Positions 51,096 through 63,214 of a DNA stretch of 64,000 nucleotides are shown one piece after another. This DNA comes from Chiloscyllium plagiosum (Eukaryota): NCBI RefSeq assembly GCF_004010195.1, contig NC_057753.1, positions 12,294,842 to 12,358,841 on the forward strand. The letters are read 5' to 3'. The notes below the pieces were generated by a model. The model ran no database searches. It was given only the letters and a program-made list of their open reading frames with translations, and was not told the DNA's origin. Made by a program: the position numbers and the translations under genes. Numbering within the stretch: the first letter of the stretch is position 1; the number at the start of each line of letters is the position of its first letter.

Positions 51096-51530
51096 ATGAG
51101 CAGAATATCCTGCAATCACTAATTCCCATTTGGAGCTCTAATGTACTTCATATTGTGTGAGTTTTATTTTTCAATAGGACACCTTGTTTTACCATTCCGC
51201 AAATCTTTGTGGTTGAATGTTGTTTCTTTTGTTATAGCACTTTTCTGTGAGAATCAGAGCTCAAAATCCTCGAAAGAGGACGGGTTGAACTTCATTGTAA
51301 GCTCTGCAATGGTACTGAGGATATGATTGCTTGGTACCGACAAACACTGCCAAAGGCTCTGACATTTATTGACTCGATATACGAGGGCAATCAGACCACA
51401 GGCTGCTACACGCTGTCTTTTGACCGTGTGAAGAAGGTCAATATCATCTCGATCGGTGAGACTGAGGTCAACCGTTTCAACATCAAGGCTATAAGTGTCG
51501 GTCAGCGCGTAAGAATGACACTGCAGGTAA
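51096..51530 (+). pseudogene. V-domain pseudogene of a divergent family (leader 51096-51156, V exon from 51238)
   Basis: Leader MSRISCNH*FPFGALMYFIL + GTGAGT. Exon SLFCENQ / ELKILERGRVELHCKLCNGTEDMIAWYRQTLPKALTFIDSIY...ISIGETEVN / YKC. Frameshifted; no recognisable RSS. Confidence 0.65.
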
Positions 51531-54434
51531 CTCACCATCTGACTCCCAAAGTCTGCCCAACATCCACAAGACACAATAAAGAGTGTGGTACAATACTATC
51601 CATTTACCAGGAACCGTGATGCTGCAACAGCATCCAAGAAGCTTAAGAGTATTCATGACAAAGAGTTTCGGTTACAGCTGTCAGAGGAGAACAGGTTTTC
51701 ATTGAGATGAAATTGCTTACTGTGAAGTGACGGTAATTCTCTGCGAAGGAAATGGTTACATTACAGTTTAAGAATAAGGATGGTATTGGCAAATTTCAAT
51801 TAGTCCACTTTCGAAGTCGAAAACCAGCAAGTGTCAGAGAACAACTTATCGAGTTCCCTGATCTCATGAATAGTGTTTGCTGACATAAAAAAAAAACACT
51901 GCAAGACAATCTTATCTGATCATGTTCAGCATTTTGTGTTTCATCATCAGTAATAAGTTACATGGTTCTCTCCTAGCTGTTTTTGTTTCTTGGGGTGAGA
52001 ACGCCCTCTGGTGAGCACTAATTGGAATTCTCTGGTTGAGTGTTTATACCGTTTTATGATATAGACGTTTACTGCACCAGTACACAAAAAAAAGTTAAAG
52101 TTGCTCTTCGTCACATTGAAGGTTAGTGTGAAATGTTTTGCCTCTCCAAGCGTCTTTACACCAAAAGGATGTACCACTGTATCATGCTCGTCCATTCTAA
52201 CATATAAATAGTAAAAAAATGACAGTCAGCATCAGCCTTATATTGATCAACATAATGGTCATTACCACGTCCACCAACACTAACATTCGTATTGGAACAA
52301 TCATTTTTTTCTGCGAATGAGCTACTTACTAAGAATGCATACAATGATGAAGAACTGTGTGTGGCAATTCTCCATTTTGATTTCTGACTCTGTATTTCTG
52401 CAATGCAGGAAATTCTCTGTCAGAGCAGAAAGTCAGATCAGGAACTGGCTGCGTGGCTGATCCAATCAATAAAAAGGTTGGCAAAGTGGTAGCATTCTCT
52501 TCAAGAACACAATTGGTTCAGAGATAAGGAGAGGAAGAGAGGCATAGAACAGGAAATAGAAGCTATGGGCGGAGTTACTGTAGACTGAATTTGACGATGT
52601 GTGTGCTGACTCTCATCTGCTCTCGGAGCTCATGGATTGGAAACAATGCTGGCAGTGTCTCCAGTCTGTGACGTGCCCTCTAAACGTGGAAGATATTACT
52701 TATCATGGTTCAATGATGTACATGTTTTGTTGTAGCTACAAGGTGCTTGACCTGGATGGATGGGAGTTTAAATACGTAAAAAAAATTCTGTATATCAATG
52801 CCATTTCTACCGTCCTGTTTTTTGGGATGGTTGACGTTGAAGCTGGGACGACCAGCCTATCCACCATTTTTACTTCACAAACGGATATAATCTTAACATT
52901 ACATTTAATTCAAATAAATTTAAGTAAAATTCATGTTTATTTTTTAACTTTAGATCAGGCAAAATTTCTTTTATCATTTTCATATAGAAAACATAAATAA
53001 TGAAAGAAGCATTAACCAAACAACATGATACAATGTAGATTGCAAGTGCGGGAGTAAATATTCCTGCAAGAGTAATCCAGAGGCTCGGAGTAATGCTCTG
53101 CAGCCGGTTAGTCTGGTGGAAGAAATGTCAGTTGTGTAAATTTCCAAGCCACTCTGTTCAAGAGCAATTATGGAAGTGCAATAATGCTGTCTTTCCCAGT
53201 GACACCGTACACCTCACGAAGGAATAAGAAGCTGTCTCATGTGGAAGGAATACATATTGTCATGACGATCACCCATCAAACAAACATTTTAAATCCAACT
53301 GCCATCATTTTATAGGCGTATTTCAAAATATTTTGAGACTTACTGTTAATGGTAATTTGTCCTCGCAGCTCCCTTTGGCAACGTTCCAAAGATATACAAT
53401 TCTCTGAGAGGAGAATTTTTCCGCATTCTGTCTCAAGGCAGCATTCCATTGTTCTGAGATTGATCCTTTTATCTGGACATTCTCCCATGAGCGCTAACTT
53501 TCTCTCAGCACTTACCATTTCAAGTACCTTAAGAATCCTACAATTTTCAACATAATCACTTTTCATTTTTGGAATCCCTCGATCACACAGACCGACCCAG
53601 GCGATGTTACTTGCAACTTCACCTGCATCGATGATACGTACTCTTTCATCTGGTGCTGTCAGTAACTGGGCAAACAGCCTGAGTTCACAGTTTGGATGTC
53701 GAAAAGTTTTGCTATTGAATTAAACACAGGTTTCATTGAAGCCCGGTCTATTGATGCTCTCTTGCAGTCAGAGAAGTAGAACCAATTGCCCATCTTGGAG
53801 CTGCTGCAATTGGATACGACGATTTGGTATGTGCTTGGAAAGAATGCCTGATACAATTGGTTTCTGGGTGACACCTACTGCATTTTCAGGGGTGCTTATA
53901 AGCGGGTCTCACACAGACACTCCAGTAGATTCCTGTGATAAAATTGTTGCGTGAGTGGTTCATGATCACTGAAGAGCCACAACATTAACTATTACCTATC
54001 AATGTCCCAGATTGCCTCTGCCAAAGACCAACATTGAAGCTAATGGTCGTTTCGGCTTCATTCAGTCATCACAATTTTCTTTTTTGCCATAGTGTTGAGT
54101 ATATTTGGGACTTACGTTGATAGATTAGTGGAGGTTAAAAGACGGAAGTGGTTTGGGATTCGGCCAGAAGCGAGGTGGATCAACTATGTTCTTTTTCACG
54201 AGTGGAGCAAGTTTGATGCGCCCAATGGCCTCCTCCAGCTCTCAATCTGTGTTCATGTGGCCAGCTCTTTGATGTCATGGATCGAGAACAAAGGATCTGA
54301 AGCCGATTGGGTGATGCCTGATGACTGTGTCAAAAAGCATTCAATCGGGATGGAGATCGGAAAAGACACATTTTTTATTTCAGCTCGAACAATTGAGCTT
54401 CGTTTTGTTCCAACCCAACATCCATTCTGCCAGC

Positions 54435-54995
54435 ATGTCTGCGGAACTATTCTGCCAACTATTTGCTCATTTCTAACTGCTGCAATTTCTTAAGTTTTAA
54501 GTACCTGTGTTGTAAAATGTTCACTCCTGGGTAATATGGCTATAGCAATCTTCATTTTAGCTGTGTTTCTGTGTCTAACGACATAACCTTTGATCGTGAC
54601 TCTTGATTAGAATCGTCATTTCTATATAATTTATTTGCTATGTCACTGCAGGTGTTAATTTTGCAGATCCTAACTCACAGAAGTTGGTTACCATGACACA
54701 ACTTGAAGGAGATTCAGTGATTGTTCGTTTCAGTTGTTTGACAGCAGTTAGTATGTATACCTTGCAATTCTACCGTCAGGAACCAGGTAAATCTCCGATA
54801 TTCTTAATCTATATCACTGACTACCAAAACGTCATCAGAGGAAGTTTTGAGTTGTCAGACTTCGATTTTCTGCATCATTGGACACCTCAAACAGTGAGGG
54901 AAGTTTCACTGTCGTTGAGCTGCGGCTATTGGACAGCGGGGTGTATTATTAAGAGACAGAGTGACATGAACCAGAGGGAGCGTTGGACAAAAACA
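54435..54995 (+). pseudogene. TCR V pseudogene, paralogue of the 3850-4378 family
   Basis: Decayed leader ICSFLTAAIS*. Exon from 54652: GVNFADPNSQKLVTMTQLEGDSVIVRFSCL..YTLQFYRQEPGKSPIFLIY / RFSASLDTSNSEGSFTVVELRLLDSGVYY*. RSS CAGAGTG-23-ACAAAAACA (54957-54995). Confidence 0.88.
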
Positions 54996-56013
54996 TTGCT
55001 GTAATGGGACAAAGTGAACGGAATGACAAGTGGAAGATGCATGAGTCGTGCAGCGTGCAGAGAAATCAGGATTTCTTTAACCTCATCTTCAAAAGAACTG
55101 AATTGAGATATTTCCGAATATTTAACAACAGAAAAAAATAAGTGTAGCATTAGAGAGAGTTTCCCCTGTCCCATTTATATCAAATGTACTCTGAACATCA
55201 TTCAAAATGTGGCTAAGGAATTTCTGCCATTTTATACATTAAACTATTTTGACAGATGAGCTTTCTGAAATATATGAATTAATTTCCTCGTCCAGTCATT
55301 CATGATTATTTAACAGAAACAGGAAAGCATCACTGAATCGGTAAGAAACATAAAAAAGAAATAATTTTTATTCACTTACATCCATTCCTGTTGAATTCAG
55401 ATATATAAAAACCTCTCTGATGTTCCCTAACGTTTGTATCTTTTTTTAAGTTGAGGTTTCATATTCATAACGTGTTCTGACCAAGAGTGCTAACGCCTAA
55501 CCTTTCAGATTATTGCTATTAATATCATTGTTCATTATCCTCTCGATATATCCTGAAAATATCCCCGTTTTACTGTGTTACATATGGATGTTTGTTCTTT
55601 AACATGTGTATGTTTAACATTGAGCGGTGTTTAATCAGGTTACTGAAATTATTGGGAATTTCGTCACTTGGCGGTCTGCTGTTCACACTACATCCTGGAA
55701 TCTCACGTCGATAAATTATGAATTTTCCCCCAAAATAGTGGTAAACTGATTTGGGTAGTACCAGACAGATTACAGAGCTTATATTCTCGAAGAGTGTCAG
55801 TAGGGAGTTCCCAAATAAACAGCAACCAATTCGGTCCACTCGAGTTCAAGAGAATAATCTGAATACTATTCGCTATGACCAACTTTAAATGATGTTTACC
55901 TGGATTGTCCTCTGGGTATTTCCCCTCAGTCAAATACACCAAAATATCAGTGTATGACTCGCTGTTATGTTCAACCGTGAACAGGCTGCAGCTGTGACCC
56001 ACAAAACTACAGC

Positions 56014-56492
56014 AGTTATTATACGAGTCATTCACTGTCTTGCCTCGCTGTGAGCCTTATTGCACAGGAGTAGACGGCGGTGTCAGACAGTAGCAGTCCT
56101 GCGATTTTCAATTGGTACAATTTTTCCAACTGTAGGATTGTTTCAGAAAACCGGGCCTAAGCAAAATCCGCTTTCTTTACTGCACCGCCACTCTTAAGCC
56201 AGCAGACTGCGAACTCCGGCTGTCTGTCTGGGGACTGACGGTACCAGAACAAGTAATCAGCATCGTCAGTGTAGGAACAGTTTAAATAGGCACCTTCTCC
56301 CTCTGTCCGTGTGAGAGAAGGCTCCCGCTGAGTAACAGAATCTCCATTGTTCAGGTCTGGAACACAGGTGAGAAATTAACAGTTAAGTATTCGGATGAAC
56401 AAACCACATTTGGAAATTCACGGTGTTTCCTAAAATACGGTATAGAAGTTAGAGGAGAAAGAGCTGATATGATAGATTACACCCATGTCCAT
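56014..56492 (-). pseudogene. TCR alpha/delta V pseudogene (V exon 56356-56053, one nonsense codon; RSS 56052-56014)
   Basis: GDSVTQREPSLTRTEGEGAYLNCSYTDDADYLFWYRQSPDRQPEF...ADFA*ARFS...DTAVYSCAIR. RSS CACAGCG-23-ATAATAACT. Leader decayed. Confidence 0.9.
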
Positions 56493-57477
56493 GTGTATAA
56501 TAGACATATCCATCCTGCCTCTTCTCTCCTCTCATTCTCGTAGGAAAGCTGTTCACACTTTTCTCTGCATCCCTTTCATCTGGTCTCTTCTTAAATACAT
56601 CTTCTTGTGAACTCTAGATATTCATTGTGGAATGACAAGCACATTTTACCTGATATCTGGCTAAACTTCCTATCCAAGTCCAGAATCTAGATCTTTTCAT
56701 CTGTGTACTGACAAGTTACCCATAGACTTTTTGGTAATCGGGAATGGATACCAAGCCTTCACATTGTTTACTGTCAGTTTCTAATCTCTCCATTCTAGCA
56801 CTGTATACATAAATCTGTTCATGCTGTGCTTTCTGTCCCTTCATTACTCATGTAAGAGAAAGGCCAAAAGTGCACACCATAAACCAAGTGTGTTCCATTC
56901 CAGCTCCACTACTTGACTTATGTGAGTACACTGTTTCACAATTTTATTTTTCAGACATTAATCCATCTTTTATAGTTTAAATCCTTACCAAAAATGTAAA
57001 TAATCCAGAGCACAGAGACAAGGGCGAGGTGCATTGCCATTGCTCCAGAATGCGAGAGACCTTTCTGTGCCACAGAAATTTGCAAAGCCTCGGAGAAGAA
57101 AAGCTGGACCCATTGGCTGCGATAGATTTGATATCACTTCCTATGAATCATGCAATAGGATCCGCTGGATTTGATATTCTGATGACTTCGATAAAAACAA
57201 GCCGATGTTTATTTCAGACAAGAGAGACATGAATGGTACACTGTGATTTGTGGAAAAAAACATGTCTAAATATAGGTATATTGTTCTTGACTGACCCAAG
57301 AGAAGGTTGAATCATTCACCGAAAGCAGAAACAAATTGATCTTTGACTTACTCGATAAAGAGCTTGATGTCTAATTGACCTTACAGATGGCTTTTTTCTC
57401 GATCTGACCTGACAGACAATTTCACCTCTAACTAGGCTGACAGACATCCTGTCCATTTAATGACATGAATTAATTAC

Positions 57478-57830
57478 AAAGTCACACAATACCCGGTTAT
57501 AGTCCAACAGGTTTATTAGGTAGCACTAGCTTTTGGAATGCTGCTCCTTCATCAGGTAGGTGTAGAGCAGGGCCAATTCCGGATGAAGGGTCATTTCTCC
57601 TGTCCTGCGGATGCCTGTAATGCTGTGCTTTTCCAGCACCACACTCTGGATTCAAATCTCCAGCATCTGCAGTCCTCACGTTCGCCCATATGGTCATATT
57701 CCACAGCTAACTGATGATTGAACAGCGCTCCGAAAGCTAGTGCTTCCAGATAAACCCGTTGGATTATTTGCTGGTGTTGTGTGATTTTAAACTTTGTTCA
57801 CCCCAGTCAAACACCAGTTACTCCACATCG
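57478..57830. mobile_element. Non-autonomous Penelope-derived repeat with ~80-bp inverted arms carrying hammerhead motifs
   Basis: 57478-57556 and 57710-57788 are imperfect inverted repeats, each containing CTGATGA...(G)AAAGCTAGTG. The interior matches the repeat tail at 62040-62130. Confidence 0.7.
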
Positions 57831-58258
57831 CGAAGTAAGTAGTTTAACTGCCAAAGTTAAGTTGTTGAAATTGGATGGTGATGTTCCCACACAATGTCCT
57901 GAATCCGTCTCAGTTTGCAGAGTGGTGAGTCCTGATAATCTTCTGCGCAGGACATACACCAGGGAAATATTTTCACAATTCACTGCTTATTAGCAGCACC
58001 CAACAGAGATAGGAGGAGGTACCAAAGAACAGGAGAAAGCGCACATATAACAGAAAGAATGATTTATAACTTCACCACATTTCTCCAGCAATTCTTCATT
58101 GTGGAGCTGACTTAAGTTTTAAATCTCACTCATTTATTTAGAGCTTCTGGGAGTAATTGTATCGACATATTATCCGGTTGCAATTAGTTTGTTAAGTTCT
58201 AGTAATCAATGTATAACCCTCCACACTCTTGTCGCTGGTTATCTTGCCCAAGACGATG

Positions 58259-58805
58259 TGCTTTTGTACGAGACTCCTTCTGGTTCCATTCACCGTGTCT
58301 CTTGGTCCACTGTCTCGGTCAGACAGTCGCAGATCACGGATGGTGAAATTCCCCTCACTTTTCCCACTGTCAGTATTAGCCGAAAATCGAAGCTCTACCC
58401 CCTCAGCTCTGATAACATCACCATAGGTGGCGATGTGGATCAAGAACGTTGGGGATTTACCTCGATCCTGACGATATAAATCTAAAGAATACTCAGCAGT
58501 AGCAGCGGCCAAGTAACTTTAAATAAGGTTCAACGCAATTCCTTCACACTTCATTGCTGAGACCAACTCCTGCGAGACTGAGTCTGCACTACCAACACCT
58601 GCAGAAATGTAGGAACACAGATCTTCAATATATTATCATAGCTATGGTATCGGATAACATATAGGACTGCACATTTTATAAATAGAGTAAGTGCGTTTAA
58701 AAGATTTTTGTAATGCCTGAATTTTGAAGAGTGTGCAGCTTTTAAAACGCTTTACCAGTTATGAGCGCTGCTGTTGCAAAGAATCAATATAAAGATATTG
58801 TTCTA
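58259..58805 (-). pseudogene. TCR V pseudogene, paralogue of the 3850-4378 family (V exon 58598-58298)
   Basis: ADSVSQELVS / EGIALNLI*SY..EYSLDLYRQDRGKSPTFLIHI...RFSANTDSGKSEGNFTIRDLRLSD; YYC deleted. RSS CACGGTG-23-ACAAAAGCA (58297-58259). Leader relic FFATAALIT + G|GTAAAG. Confidence 0.9.
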
Positions 58806-61499
58806 ATTGTATACAGTTAATGTGTGTTTGTATAAAGCAAACTGAACTTGAAATTGTTAAACTCGAGAACTGTTCCTGTTGAATAACATCCGGAGTCTCT
58901 GACCATTTTTTGGTTGTTGATATACATGTGGTTAGCCGGAGACATCCAGCAGCTCACTGTTTGTTAAGACTCGAGCTCCTGAGATGAGTGGGTCTGCAGT
59001 CAATGGAGCACAGATGAGATCTAGAATCAAAGCTAATGTTGTCCCTTGGATATTTTCACTCTGGGAGCTGGACAGTATGAAGTAAACTAGCTGGTACTAC
59101 GTTTGTATGTGTCCCGATGATTCCCTCTCAGATAGCTGTGCAGTTACCTTTGAGGTTCTGACAGCTAATATAAAGCGGATTATAGATGAACAGTGCAGTT
59201 ATAGATGAACAGTTTAAACTCAGCAGTACAGTTAACAAGTTGAATGCCTCCTATTATAAAAATAAAATTGGTACTGATTTCATAGATTTGATGAGAAAGG
59301 CATTATAGATGCAGCAGATGTGAAATGATAAACTATGAGAGCTAATCTGTTCTATCGGAACAAAATAAAATGTTGTTATTCACAACAACTTCATCCTTCA
59401 TAATGTAGTTTATAACAAAACACAAGCGTTTTCCTCAATTTCCATTGATTCCGCCTCCTGGGGAAGCATCTGCTGCGATTGGGATAGTACATATGCCCCA
59501 GTAACGGTGGCTACACAGTAGAAGACATCTAAGGCGAATTCATCCCTACAGAAAATATTCAATTGAAATCAAAACCGTGGAAGTTGCCATTTATTTCCCT
59601 GCATTTTCCTGGTCTATGAAAGTAGTGGATCAAGAATATTACTAGACAGAAGAAAACAGAGAATGAAAGTTTCGAGTCAAGTGTTCTGCACTGACGAAAG
59701 GTCACTTGACTAGAAATGTTAACCGTCTTTTTAAAACTGTTGCCGGACCTGCTGAGTTTCTCCATAAATTTCTGCTTTTGCTCAGATCTGCAGCATCCGC
59801 AGTTCTTTGATTTATATCATTGAAGAACTGGTTTAATGGTGATTGAATTGAGTGTTTAATCAAAAGTGTGATTTTGATCACAAGGAAGATGTGTGCCTTT
59901 ACCCAGAGTAATTGATCAATCCAAGTAGTTTCCACGTTCTCACTGGCACAAGGCCTTGAGACAGATGTCTCGTTTATCTCATCCAATAAGAAAAGCCTCT
60001 GCAGTACCTGTTGTATTACTGGTGAAGCACATTCAAGGCAGAGAACTTCACTTCAATTGAAGCTACGGTCAAATCCAATTCCAAGCAGCAAGGGTGAATA
60101 TTTCCTTTTGCTATAGTTCGGTACGTGGTGTTGAAGCACATTTGACATTAACAACTCTTTCTATTTAAAAATGCTGCAATGCGGGAGCAAGTACATACGC
60201 CGTGTCTGCTCGGCCCTCGCAATCAGGTTCTTGTTATCTTCCTATATTTAGGCAGAGTCTATGAAGTAAGTGAACCCTGTCATTGAATTTAGAAATGATG
60301 CCTTGATGTCAATGAATTTACTTTAAGGAGCCTGTTGTTGTAACTGAACTCGGATAGACATTACTTAATTGCAATGGCTGTTTATGATTGACAAAGTTTC
60401 CTTCTACTACGGTAATGATCAGCAAATTATGGACTGTAGTGGTAAAGGATCCCTGTAGTATAGGATCGTCAGACTGCCATCTTGTGGAGCAAAGTGATAA
60501 ATACTTGTTTCTTTGCGTATGGAGATCCAGGCAAGAAATGTTTGGGACTAAGAGAGAAAAAGTAAAGGGAGTCAGAGGACAAAAAGCTGACAGGAGCACA
60601 GGGAATTAAACAGTAGGAAATAAAGCGTTAGAAATTTAGGTATAGATGATCATATTAGCCATCGTGACGTGGAGGGTCTGAGGTGATGGTCCAGTGAGAG
60701 AAACACATACAGTAGTTTGGAACCATGGGGACGAAGAACTAAAGAGAAACAACTAAGTAACTGAGTCAATTGGAGAGCGAGACGCCGAAGATACAAGCCG
60801 CACAATTAGAGAATATTTGATTAATATAAAAAACAGAATTTGAAGAAATGTAAAAATATAATAAAATATCATGTAACATGGAAGATGACAAGAGTAAATT
60901 CCGCGATCCACTTGTAGTTAAATTGTCAAAGCGAAAGTGGGCCTGGATTTGCAACAGGAAACTGCAAATGTTAGCGTTTTATCTAAGATCAGAGGTGTAT
61001 TTGTTTCCACCACACATACATTTGAGAATTCCAGTGATTATTTCTATTTGCAATTTGCTCCAAAGCGGAGAGGGTTATTTATTTTTGTGAATTATAACTG
61101 CTCACATTACTTGACTTCCGTGTTGAAAAGTAGATGACTAGTGACAGGAAACTGGTGATCATATAAAATAGAATCAAACACTCATGGATGGAGGTGCGAA
61201 CAGAATTATTCCGAAAAATTGAGATTCCATGTGAATAGCCACTCTTATTCATAGGGCGTTTCTAGTTTTGGCCACTACTGCTGCTTTTGACTGATTTCCC
61301 AGAGAAACAAGAACTTACCGAGAGTAACCTCTTAAGCATTTTAACTTGGAATCATGTAGCTGTCGCTAACATATAGCTATGCACTACATTTTGGTACTAA
61401 ATATTTGCGGCAGAATGCACTAGATGTGGATTCAGAAAGATTCCGTTGCCTGCATTGGACAAGCGAAATTTGCACGCGAAATCTGGATAATGACATCCA

Positions 61500-62135
61500 C
61501 CTCTGTTATTTATTGTATCCGTTGCTCCTGATGTGGCCTTTTCGACATTCTGGACGCCTTCTCACAGAGCGTTTTAGGGAACATCTCCAGGGCGCCCGCA
61601 ACAATCAACCCCACCGCCCCGTGGCCCAACATTTCTTCTTCCCATCCGAGGACATGCAGGTCCTGGGCCTCCTCCACCGCTGCTCCCTCAGCACCCGACG
61701 CCTGAAGGAAGAACGCCTCATCTTCCGCCTTAGACACTTCAACCACACGGCATTAATGTGGACTTCACCAGTTTCTTCATTTCTCTTCCCCCCACCTTAC
61801 CTCAGTTTCAACCGTCCAACTCAGCACCATCCTCATGACCTGTCCAACCTACCAATCTTCTTTCCCACCTATCCGCTCCAGCCTCCTCTCTGACCGATCA
61901 TCTTCATCCCAACCCCCATCCACCTATTGTACTCTTTGCTACCTTCTTCCGAGCTCCACCCACTCCCATTCATCTCTCCACCCTGGAGGCCCCCGCCTTC
62001 AATCCTGATGAAGGGCTTTTGCCCGAAACATCGATCTTTCTGCTCCTTGGATGCTGCCTGACCTGCTGTGCTTTTCCAGCACCACTCTAGTCTAGACTTT
62101 GGTTTCCAGCATCTGCAGTCCTCACTTTTGCCTAC
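61500..62135 (+). mobile_element. Penelope-like element 3' part (GIY-YIG endonuclease C-terminus + terminal repeat)
   Basis: LTERFREHL..RNNQPHRPVAQHF..MQVLGLL..RRLKEERLIFRL, followed by a pyrimidine-rich tail and a hammerhead motif. Confidence 0.85.
62001..62036 (+). ncRNA. Minimal type I hammerhead ribozyme motif (probably degenerate)
   Basis: atc-CUGAUGA-A-GGGC(UUUU)GCCC-GAAA-CAUC-gat. The stem III palindrome ACGU is altered to ACAU. Confidence 0.7.
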
Positions 62136-63214
62136 GTCTGGATAATGGACTATCATGACACAGTGCCAGCTCCAGTTTTATTGGACATAAATGTCAAAGA
62201 AATGCCAAATGCTACATCTCACAACAGCGAAGTATTCCATGTCAAGCTTTGGAGGGAGCTACAATAAATTTGTAGTTATATATATTCCTTATTAGTTTTA
62301 CACTAATTACTCTCTATTTTACTCTAGAATATTCCAATAATTTCGAGCTTTTTGTTACATATTTATATTTTTCTATGCTTTCACTTTGCTGAGTGGAGTC
62401 TTTGATTTTTCTTAGTGCTTCCTTTTGTTCTGTTGGAACATTATACATTTTTGTGTAATAGATAGACTTTATTTCTCAAGAGAATTAATATTTTTAAGAC
62501 AGTCATAATTTTCCAAACGTAAAGTTGGGAAATGGAGGGGATTCGTTTCACATCTGAAAGATGACACTATTTGGAATCGAAACACTACCTTTCCAGTCCT
62601 CACACGTTCTCATGCAGATTTTCTCAGCTTTTCTATTTTTCCATCTTACAGATAACATATTCCTCCTTTTAATCTTTTCGCAGACAAGATCTGCTCTGCC
62701 TGATTGTACCATTTTTTCCTGGTCTCCACCGATCTACTGGTTATGCTCACACTTTTGTAATATTAAAGTGTATTGGTGGATTTTAATTCGTGTTCAGTTT
62801 CAGGTATATCACATCGATGTGCAGTCTCCATTCTGTCTTAACTTATGTATCTTCAAAGGGTTCTTCCTGGTTAACAAACTATGTCGATTTTGATCAATGT
62901 TTGACCATTTACTCTCAGAGCTGAAAATAAAATATTGCACTGAGAAGACAGCAACACGGGTTATAGAACAAAGAATATTCCAGCGCCAGAGAGGCTCATC
63001 AGCCCTCGATGTTGCGCCGACTGGTGGAACCAATCTGAAGCCTATTTATCTGACACTTCCATTCTCATCCACATATTTATCCAATGACCATTTAACTACC
63101 CTCAGAGCTGGCGAATCTACTACTGTTGTAGTTAGTGTGTTCCACTTCGCCACTACTCTCTAGGTAAAACAACAACCTCTGACATTTGTCCAACATCTCC
63201 TATATAAACATCAT

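Larger units (their letters stand above)
60968..62975 (+). pseudogene. Third GPR139/GPR142-like GPCR pseudogene (exon 1 relic ~60968-61034; exon 2 from 62652, truncated)
   Basis: Exon-1-like MLAFYLRSEVYLFPPHIHLRIP. After TTACAG|: NIFLLLIFSQTRSALPDCT / FLVSTDLLVML / FDHLLSELKIKYCTEKTATRVI. Confidence 0.7.
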
